A stretch of 52,935 bases of DNA from a virus (lineage: Duplodnaviria > Caudoviricetes): positions 1 through 52,935 of the IMG/VR virus record IMGVR_UViG_3300034082_003237. One strand, 5' to 3'. Shown piece after piece: positions 43,701 through 51,100 of the stretch. The notes under the pieces were generated by a model. It was not told the DNA's origin and did not search any database. It saw only the letters and a program-made list of their open reading frames with translations. How positions within the stretch are numbered: the first letter of the stretch is position 1; each line of letters opens with the position of its first letter. The position numbers were made by a program, and so were the translations under genes.

Positions 43701-46501
43701 TTTAGCGCTTGTTGTCTTGGTGGATTCACGAGTTCATCAACCCTTGTGTCAAGCTCACGTCTCTGCTTTGACCAAACCTTTGGGTCTTCGGAGCCATCAA
43801 GTTTTGATTTGTATATTGCCCGAACAATTTTTTCGTCTTCAAGAAGAACCGATTTGGAATCTGCGGATAGTCCTGGCTCTTTTAGCGATGTTCGAATATC
43901 AGCAAGCTTCTGTATTGCATCATCTGGAGACATGTCTTCGGCTTGTTTTGTAAGGTTCTTTATTTCCTCTTGACGAGAACGTGCAGCCATCTCTTCTGGC
44001 CTCAGAATTCCTTCCGAGAACATCTTTTCACGTACCGATTCGCGCATTTTCTTTACATCGCTGCGTCGTCTTTCCTTATCTTCACTGCTGAATCTGCTGG
44101 CCCACTTCTTTTCAATTAAAGCAATCTTTGCATTGTTTTCTTTAATTTTTCTATTTAGCTCTTTAAATTTAGGGGAGTCCTTGCTCTCTCCACTTGCCTC
44201 AAGATTGTCAAACGAGTCATTGTATGCTTCCCTATTGTATTCAAGACCAGTAAGGGCATCAATAAAGTCATCGTTTGTTTTTGATGAATCGTCGGTCCAT
44301 CTCTCAATCTGAGACAGCTCCTTTTTGTGCTCTATGGCAAGTCTTTCTTTAACTTGCGCAATACTGTTGCCTGATAGTTCTGGGTCTGGACCAAGGTTCT
44401 CGTAGTAGCGAGACTCTATTTCTCTCAGTCCATCCGCATCAGACCTTCTTCTGATGTCGACGTACCTACCGTCAGAAACATCATCCATCCATTCGAGGGC
44501 AGCGTCTATATCGTCACCATAGATAAGTCCGAGGTCCCTAAGCGCCCAAAGCTCAGCGGTTGCTTCTAGCGCCCACCACTCTGCTCCCTTGTCATCGTTG
44601 AAATACATTTTTGGATATTCTCCAGCGAGAAATCCAACAACATCAGTCCTTGATAGGGCGTTTTTAAGTGACTCAAGGTCTATCCCATCACCAGACTTTT
44701 GCATAAGCCTAAATACCATCCCGCTATTGAGGTCCCTAATATCATCGACCTTTACCGTCTCACCCTTGTCGTTGATGGCCATAATAAAACCATTAGTTCT
44801 AATCTGTCGTTCTGCTTCTCTGTTGAAAGCTTGCAACTGAATTGTGTGAGCAATTTCGTGTTTCATAATATGTCGTGCGAATGCACGTTCTTCAACCATT
44901 GCCGCTAGTTGTTTTGAATGCCCGTCAACAGTGACCAAGAAGTCAGTTAGGGCCGTTGCTCTTTCGGAGTCAGTCTTTCCACCAACAAAATCTATTCGCA
45001 TTCTTTCGCCTGGGGCGAGACTCGGTATTAATGCTTCCTGATTATTCATTATCTCAGGAATATCAACATTTATAACGCTCATCACGCGCTTGCTGTCGGG
45101 AGATGTGTAGCCACCGGTAGAAGCTTCGTCCATCTGCGGGTCATTCGGACTCTTGACTTCAAAATTAATCTTTGAAATCGTCCTCATGTGTTCTGGGTCA
45201 GCAATGAATGAATCAAGAGCTGATTCAAGTAGCGCTCTTTCGGTTGTGTACCAGCGCTCTGTGTCTGCTGCAATCAAGCTCTTCTGGCGCTCTGGTGAAA
45301 GACCCGAAAATCCTGGAACGTGCGCAAGTCTTGCCTTGACTATTTTGTCAACGTCCTCTGCGGAGAGTCTTGTGCTTGTATCTATCGTCCATGCACCGCT
45401 GTCTCTCAGCTTCTGAAAAACCTCAAATACGTCGTCGTTTGTCTTTCTTTTTTCATCTGTTCTAATTACGCCAAGCGAGTCCATAAGGCTTGCAATGTTT
45501 ATATCTTGTTGCGCGAGCTTGTCCTGCGCGCGAATCATTCCATCAACGAATACTCGGCTTCTTCCGTCCTTATTGGCTTCGCGCCATTTCTTGATGTTGC
45601 GTATTCTTTTGCCGTTTGGGTCTCTCCATACGGTTCTTCCAAGTCCTGGTATTCCACCGTTATCAACAAATGAAATGAATTCAAACAGTTTTTTTGTGGT
45701 GTTCTTTACACGCGTGCCATCGCCCGTATCGATGCCGCTAGCCATTCTCTTAGCAAAGTCAAATATCTCCGATGCGGAGATACCAAAGCAGTTGGCGCCG
45801 GTGCTGTCGGTAAATTGGTTCGCAGCAGGAGTTCCTGGTGGGCATCTAAATTTTCCGTTTTCATCAACGAGTATTCCAAATGCGCTAGCTGCTCTTGCAA
45901 TGAGCGACCTGCCTCTTTGTCCGATTGTTTTTCCTGGAAGTCGCTTTTCGCTATAACCAGAAGAGTTTACCGTCTTGTCTCCGTTGAGGCTGAATGGGTC
46001 AAGAGTCTGTTCCGACTCCTCGATAATCTCGTCAGTCTTTTGATTGACTTTGTATTTCCTTATTCGCAGTTTTGGTTTTGCTGCGAGGACCTTTGCATAT
46101 TCGTCGGCCGAAACAGAACGTGGCTCATCAACCCATCCGAAGTTTGGTTTCTTTACAGCAGATTTGCGCGACCTAATTGATGGAAAAAGTTGAAGAACTT
46201 TACCCTCTTCCCACTTTTGGCTAGCAACATAGTTGTAACCATTGGGAAGTTCAACCATTCCGGGAGTTCCTCCCTTGTTGGTTCTTTTCTTCCCATCAGT
46301 GTCTTTATATGTTTCACTGCCAGTGGCGACATCAAGCGCCTTAACCGACAGTCCTGCATTTAGAGTCGACCTTGTTATTGACTCGACTACAGCCTTTTTA
46401 AACGCAATTGCTGCGTCGTTTAAGTCTCTTCTGCCGACGAGTGGCGATACAAGCCTCTCAGATGTGATTGTACGTGTTTTGTAGAACGGCTTACCCGTCA
46501 T
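37793..46501 (-). CDS. Giant polyvalent protein (~2900 aa): zincin HExxH, degenerate ART-like, GNAT, split DUF3626-like domain, SSG-delimited modules
   Basis: HEIAH...EATAE; SFVSG...LVLPPG; VPEDYHRRGHG; EAQILGG; start at MTGKP avoids overlap with the upstream gene. Confidence 0.85.
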   Translation of the reverse strand: MTGKPFYKTRTITSERLVSPLVGRRDLNDAAIAFKKAVVESITRSTLNAGLSVKALDVATGSETYKDTDGKKRTNKGGTPGMVELPNGYNYVASQKWEEGKVLQLFPSIRSRKSAVKKPNFGWVDEPRSVSADEYAKVLAAKPKLRIRKYKVNQKTDEIIEESEQTLDPFSLNGDKTVNSSGYSEKRLPGKTIGQRGRSLIARAASAFGILVDENGKFRCPPGTPAANQFTDSTGANCFGISASEIFDFAKRMASGIDTGDGTRVKNTTKKLFEFISFVDNGGIPGLGRTVWRDPNGKRIRNIKKWREANKDGRSRVFVDGMIRAQDKLAQQDINIASLMDSLGVIRTDEKRKTNDDVFEVFQKLRDSGAWTIDTSTRLSAEDVDKIVKARLAHVPGFSGLSPERQKSLIAADTERWYTTERALLESALDSFIADPEHMRTISKINFEVKSPNDPQMDEASTGGYTSPDSKRVMSVINVDIPEIMNNQEALIPSLAPGERMRIDFVGGKTDSERATALTDFLVTVDGHSKQLAAMVEERAFARHIMKHEIAHTIQLQAFNREAERQIRTNGFIMAINDKGETVKVDDIRDLNSGMVFRLMQKSGDGIDLESLKNALSRTDVVGFLAGEYPKMYFNDDKGAEWWALEATAELWALRDLGLIYGDDIDAALEWMDDVSDGRYVDIRRRSDADGLREIESRYYENLGPDPELSGNSIAQVKERLAIEHKKELSQIERWTDDSSKTNDDFIDALTGLEYNREAYNDSFDNLEASGESKDSPKFKELNRKIKENNAKIALIEKKWASRFSSEDKERRRSDVKKMRESVREKMFSEGILRPEEMAARSRQEEIKNLTKQAEDMSPDDAIQKLADIRTSLKEPGLSADSKSVLLEDEKIVRAIYKSKLDGSEDPKVWSKQRRELDTRVDELVNPPRQQALKKTKKVKTDKSGASYAKKIQKDESYAMTGEQAAAVERLGDPSLTDIGNLVDPDGNVVAIKNINRRYRRAQRSAGDLSPSSETAALEDQIEKVLIPAMEAIDESSIPDDIEVEAEMYFDVQNGFKTINENFDNQSFVSGRIITDESPHKPGEVRDANGEIVTRAGKEKSRVIVQVSKGDKGLFRTNETVLGEEGSLVLPPGKMKVVDVRPDGTIVLRVQEQDNVVDVLDRVSSSIGQEGPSASQHAKGTKKKIDRIANKYVAQRRENGLPSTPSRPKREVEIEDRNIEAKREVISAGGSFGEPPSEDYVAEVGKSPLIQPAEADIKPDQVDPQTGRPIMKTVNRMNVGELLSRRAATYLRLLEPDYANDKKGFQGTDRATLKSLDDELAKRGEIITNLPQPPEFDQDYIPGTGKRAPYKTSAGSVSDPTSGREVLGVPQTREERKVARATRANMTFEDIKRVMAGESPKDVMNDMSRDSLDSVVANEIARKSPEALIKDVEDAAVEFHAGIDKRPRVRMTENQLTKFADDGEFLPTETDDVVLESGAIGRRLERRLNPKTRRTAPKLSSGAKIYRKLERAETFQNEDELGIKRGKEISEKPEKLSSGAIERTLKPGDLKKSPTQGFAKKDGRFGEERKAFDVYDIGGESVVFGGPTNDFEMESDAKIKNVPINPYAITGLDRTSEKGQELAEKWVAARAAYLSEGGNPGKSTDVDALFYASVRGDDDAAKEFDRLSEIGLELIAEEREKSIERISFSEDDLLQERKEGLDKIGVDDLYLVHETQYDPPLDADGNIILKPLSAYELTSDSGEKVTVQRHTIHFALNHIAGGHIARQQKPGSNVIVVRLRDVLENNPDSVDSLFPVDTVLTPKPGGGIKMPKGSFQVVKTTEDGDSNEMVRTALKELGAKHFFEPGEYSSSTGAESAVRRIAKGEGFNYQMHSNMPHAYIEMNASGTEEQLGRPPTLELWPQELARMSKNAQKSVGISDKFTGTTGVMVDDEFSSGRRAGQASSNPDASSGRLSSGARVSPKQRKIQLKKVNDAENYLRNLDLQITEVDLIDSETGQQKKSPIFSVAGRPMVLVDVNGIRIPFYQSTGKGGKENPVGKWYPVFGVGKSDVIFDREFKRFVDRGGWFNKGDTYESIDNYYDVPEFKRIATILNDIDDLTQIDFHDVGVVASEEEAIELLKKNGSTGYALGKLPKARISINDDLWEVINRDLTPYSTVGDAERSGGRRWDYLNKVIDRIEKNRVKLNIDSVSIAVDKDKLSVSKESNRLKNRDVQLTVKDKNGDAIKVSIESELKTRFDDTEEQNITVRMRSNGIEVGVLHARTDLGGELGNRGELTISDILVPEDYHRRGHGKLMLALGEKYNIGSEKINHSSKLSELGELFASGTGSSGRLSSGARSGPSRTQRVAGIAGSRATGRVLDAVLKRSGADEDTRERVKYGVNMAGALAAGGPVGFATAIAVDAARRAGREIAERGLEEAVQRGRISQNQMDVAMSAVDRVAPNGLPDPVVDKLADAWTIASDFIDERVVTDENRQRLDEFGNTIRAGSGELVENAGQVIGSAREKIGKRFGRGKNKPSETDPFGDFDITSIPSQTPMSNEYDDPFAGFEINNTKPAKTEFDDFDAVFSSGRRAGRSSDVLRNEYNSRIGISKSTPNSAKPVSGYVVHRSHNEEKKRRIAASGKGNIGSDAIFEIGDNDLVGDGLTALGEIEVILKPEVSNRTAYGRGEALQSAHRPVAMNSNDPDDIADAIMNADGIASSKQNTEAMLHLLGAKMDKNFSSVNASMDENGRMAPVGAVDSSTRGHEPFEAQILGGFKKNEVEGIHYPYSKVAKIAESEDISDVVNDGSLASKLEKLGFTPEEVAYFYSISGGKPLNTASMVKLKEYRAAKKIKEKYEGMGVGYVKFAHPQGINIENPRSYDKTASPTTKVDEILKRNIDLEVEAELKKTLDSIRKSEQLDLMVD

Positions 46502-46517
46502 GGCGGGCCGCGCTTTC

Positions 46518-47969
46518 TTAGATTGTGTCGGTTTCTGCTTCGAGCAACTGGAACTCAACGAGCGACTTCATGAAGTCTCCATCCATTGTTTCTTCGTTCT
46601 TCTTGCTCATGCCTTCTCCGCCAGCAACCCAGCCCGCTGGGATGAGGCTTTCTTTTCCAAGTTCTCGAGCACGCTTCATGATGTGACGCTTTGCTGCTTC
46701 CTTGTCCTTTGCGCGACCGAATGCTTGAACGGCATTTCTTAGGTCAGACTCATTCGCGATTGGGAAAGAACCATCTGGAAGTGCATTTCCTTCTTTGGCC
46801 ATAGCATTGCGCTGCTCTTCTGTGAACGCACGCTTAAGAGCAATTTCTGCTGCTTCTGCCTCAATCTCTTCTGCCTCTTCCGGCTCATACTTGTCGTATC
46901 CAAGTACCTCTCCGTCCAGGGCGACGAATACGTCATAAGACTTTCCATCGAATCCTTCAATTTCTACGGCGTATGAGTCGATTCCTTCGAAGCTGTCTGG
47001 TTCAACTGCAACAACGTGACCATCAATTGACTTGACGGCAATCTCCGCTGCATCGGTGAAACTAATCAGATTAAGTTCATCGATTGCTGCCTTCTGCTCA
47101 AATACGCTTTCGTCGAGTTTGTGCCAGCCCATAACCTCGGCTGATGTACCATCGATAAACACTTCGATTGCCTTGCCATCCTTTGCCTGCACATCAATAA
47201 CGAACATGTCTGCATCTGGAGAGTAACCAGAATCGATAACTTTTCCGTCGAACATATCTTCGGCCATGCCTTCAACATGAAGAAGTCCGGGCATTCCTTT
47301 TTCTGCGATACATCCACCAGGGCAGTTCTCGCATACAGAAGTTGTTCCAGAATATGATTTACGCTCAATGGCGCAAACATATCCATGCTCGCCGATGTCT
47401 TCTGATTTAATTCCCATTGAGGACATTCTTCTCTTTTTAAACTTGTCCATCATGGCGTTTACTTTTTCCGCATCGGCCATGTCCTCTTCGTCTTCTGAGT
47501 CCATTTCCTCATCGTCGTCCCCTAGGCCCATTTCGTCATCATCGTCGACTTCTGCTTCGAACTCGTCTTCGTCAGACTGTGGAACGCCCTTCTCTTCTTC
47601 GTCTTCGTCTTCTTTTTTCTTGAACTTGTTCATGGCGGTGTTGATTTTCTCTTCATCATCCATCATGTCTTCTTCTTCCATGTCATCCTCTTCGGACTCC
47701 ATGTCTTCTTCCATGCCCATGCCCTTCATTGGCTTCTTCTTTGGCATCATGCCGTACATCTTTTGCATGTCCTCTTCGGTCATGTCCTCATCCGCAATAT
47801 CCAGGTCGGTAGCAGGAACCATTTTCATCTCTACCGGCATTGCACCGCACTTGCCACAAACCTTCGCTCCTGGGGTAAAACCGCACTCAGAAGCCTCGAG
47901 CCCCTTGGCGCACTTGAGCACAGCCCCTTCGCTGTCGATACTCACTGTTGCCTTGTCGTCGTAAGCCAT
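46518..47969 (-). CDS. Acidic protein with Cys clusters, PepSY-like repeats and a C-terminal DUF6582-like domain
   Basis: ISFTDAAEIA...G.V..VE....YAVEI...G..YDV.V..DGEVL; ALPDGSFPI....L.NA..A.GR; AAGGAG RBS. Confidence 0.8.
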   Translation of the reverse strand: MAYDDKATVSIDSEGAVLKCAKGLEASECGFTPGAKVCGKCGAMPVEMKMVPATDLDIADEDMTEEDMQKMYGMMPKKKPMKGMGMEEDMESEEDDMEEEDMMDDEEKINTAMNKFKKKEDEDEEEKGVPQSDEDEFEAEVDDDDEMGLGDDDEEMDSEDEEDMADAEKVNAMMDKFKKRRMSSMGIKSEDIGEHGYVCAIERKSYSGTTSVCENCPGGCIAEKGMPGLLHVEGMAEDMFDGKVIDSGYSPDADMFVIDVQAKDGKAIEVFIDGTSAEVMGWHKLDESVFEQKAAIDELNLISFTDAAEIAVKSIDGHVVAVEPDSFEGIDSYAVEIEGFDGKSYDVFVALDGEVLGYDKYEPEEAEEIEAEAAEIALKRAFTEEQRNAMAKEGNALPDGSFPIANESDLRNAVQAFGRAKDKEAAKRHIMKRARELGKESLIPAGWVAGGEGMSKKNEETMDGDFMKSLVEFQLLEAETDTI

Positions 47970-48107
47970 AAAATAGAGCTCCTTGCGCCTAATGGTATGC
48001 AGAAGGCAAAACAGCCAACTGTTTATTAAATTATTTGTTTGTAAAAGTATAACCTACCATAGCGCCGCTATGGGAAGTATTAATAATAACGCTTTTTTAA
48101 TTATCTA

Positions 48108-51100
48108 TTAACGTCTTCTCTGTGAGTTGTCACGAAGCTGAAGAAGCTTGGTCCACTGAGATGGACTCAGAAATCCACTAGCTTCGAACTGGGACAAAAC
48201 GCTTTGCGCAAATCCACTCCACTTGGCATTTTTTGCCCAGCCGATTATTTCGTTTTGCATCCTTGGCGTTATGTTCTCTGGGGCTCCATTGTTCTCTCGG
48301 CCAGCAGACAATTTTTCAACTGCGTCCTGGCCAGAGGTGGATATCCTGCGGGCGGCTCTACGCCCACTACTCATGGAGCCACCGCTCTTTATCGACTCAA
48401 CCGTTTCGCTCAGGTCGTACTTTTTGTTGAGCCTGTCAACTATTTTCTGAACCTCATCATCGGTATAGCGAAGCGCCTTTCCTGTGTTTTTGCTAAATTT
48501 TCCTTCTTTTCCTGCCTCAAAAGCTCGAAGTCTCGTCTGAACTTTGGTTGCTCCAACCACTTCGTCCAGCTCTCTGCCTTTTACTCTTTTCCCTTTTCTG
48601 GCAAGAGTGTCGGCGATATTCTTCCAAAGGTCAAATTGCCTTATTGAGTTGTCGAATTTGACTCCCTCTTCCCCAAAAACATCTCCAGCGCTTGGGATTA
48701 TTCCATTATCCACCAACTGCTCAATGATGGACGTCGGAACGCCTTCACTTTTCCACTTTTTGAGCTGAATTGCGGTTGGCGTAATCGTCTCGCCGTCAAC
48801 CTCAAATGTAATGGCTTCCGCCAGTTCGTCATCAGACTCGACACCGAGCGACTCCGCAAGAGCAGAGACCGGGAAGGAACTCTTTGAAATTTCCCTAGCA
48901 ACAAACTCATCAGGCAGTTCGAAGTCGGTCGGGTAGAACTGAGGGGCCATCGCTATGCCCTCTTCTTTGTAATCCTCGTATTCCGCTCTGCTTAATTGGT
49001 TTCCTCTTCGTCGGTCATACCAGTAGGGGGCTGCATCAAAGCCCCAAATTGCCTCAAGCGTCTCATACGACCTGCCTGGGTCTCTGCCGCCGAAGAATGC
49101 CCTGTCAATAAATTCGTAAGCATCTATTTCAGATATTCCTGCCCCATCTTCGAACATCTTTTCAATTTCTGCTTGACTTACGCCAAGGAACTTTGCACTC
49201 TGCTCCATGCTCAAAGGGGTTCCATCTTCGTCTTTAAGAATTTGCTCAAGTTTTTTGGCGTCAAGCATCCATTTACCATCTGGGGACCTGTCGTTATTCT
49301 CTGACATTTTGCCAAATTTGATTTTGACTTTATCCTCAAGGTATCTGCCGACATTGTTTCTTGCTTCACTGTCGGGGAATCTAAGCCGCCCAGAGCTAAG
49401 TCGGTCATTGCCGAATTCATTTTTGCTTGGCCCTGGTCTCTTCTTCCCTGGGATTGTCGCCGCTCTTTGTCTTACCCCATCAGCAAATGCTTGTCTGTCG
49501 GCATCTGACATCGGTCGGCGCTTTGAGCCTTGAGTCCTGGTCTTTTTACCAGAGCTCAACCTGTTTCCATCTGCAGCATTCGCAACACTGGCAGTACCAG
49601 AGCCACTCGGCGCCAGAATATCCTCAGGAAGGTCTGGCGCATCGGTTTTGTATCTATCTAAGCTGACCCCGTTTTTCTCAAAATCACCTTGGATTCTGAA
49701 CAGGTCGCTCAACTCTTGGTCAAGTTTTTTCATAGTTGACGAATAAAAGTTACTCAGTTTTGCTGCAAAATCTTGAGGAGTTGTTGTTTCGTCCACCTCA
49801 TTGATGATGTCCTCTATCCCGTCTATTTGAGTCTTCAGCGAGCTGACGTCCGGCTCATTGCGACTTTTGCGATAAAAGTTATCAACTTCTTTTAACGTAG
49901 CTTCAATGAAATTTGCGTCAATTAGCATCGAATCCAGCGCTTCGGCATCATCCCCATCGGAATTATCAATGTGGAGCTGCATAGCAGTATCAAAATCTAA
50001 TCTCCGGAGTCTATTGTCGGGGTCAAAATGCATTCGTTCCAGGTCGCTAATATTTTCACGCAGATAATCAGTCTGTTCGTTGACCCATTCAAGTAGTTCC
50101 TCGTTTGATACCAGCCCTTCCGTTATTCTGTTAATCGCCATCGACAGGTCGTCCACAAAATCAAAATCATCCTCAGACATGTATTCAAACAAGTCGCCTA
50201 CTCTCGGGAAGTAGTTATCTTTAGGAGTAATTTTTTTTCCATCAAGAACAGAGCGAATAAATTCATATTTTGCCGACACCAACTCATCAACCCCTCTTAG
50301 GGCGTCTCCATGTTGTTCTATCGGAAAGAACATACTGTTTCGGCTGCGGGTAGCCCTCGGATTTCTTATTTCATCCAGAGCGGCTTTTACTATTGTATTG
50401 TTGCTTTCAACCCTGTTAGCAAAATCGGATTTAATGTCTTCTGGAGACCTTCCGGAGCTTAATCCGCGGTCGCCTGAGACCCTGTCGGAGACTACATTCC
50501 TTGTTCTCTGCGCAGAAGAACGAGGAGCGCCCTGTGGGACACCAGGTTGCGTCGGGTTGTATGGGGCATCAGCACCATCGATTATCCCGTCAATCTTGTG
50601 GAGGCTAAAGCTTCTGTACTGACCCGACTCTTCGTCAAGTCCAATAAAATAAACCCCTCCGCCCTTCTTCGTCATCATTCCAGTTGGGTAAACCATTCTT
50701 GGCTTGCCGTTATAACTGAATGAAATGACTTCTCCGTTTCTTCGTATGGCGTCAAAGTCGTACTTCTCAACAGGAACCATGAGTAGATTTGAAGCGATGT
50801 GTCTTGCGTTTGAGCCAGCTTCATCGGTTCTCTTTAGAGCATCTGACACCAAACCAATTTCCTCAACTGGCTTGTCGTCGTATCTCGAACGCATGCCAGA
50901 TGAAAGACGAGAGTTTTCTCTCGAAAGCTCCATCTGAATATCGCTGGCTTCGTCAGCCCAGTCATCCATCGTCCAGTCAAGGCGTGATTCATTTATGTCG
51001 GCAATCATTCTGACGTATTGCTGCCTGTCTGAACGCTCTCTTGAAATCCTTGCGTAGTCTTGGTACTCTGCGTCCCTACGAGCAAGCTCTTCGTCGAGCA

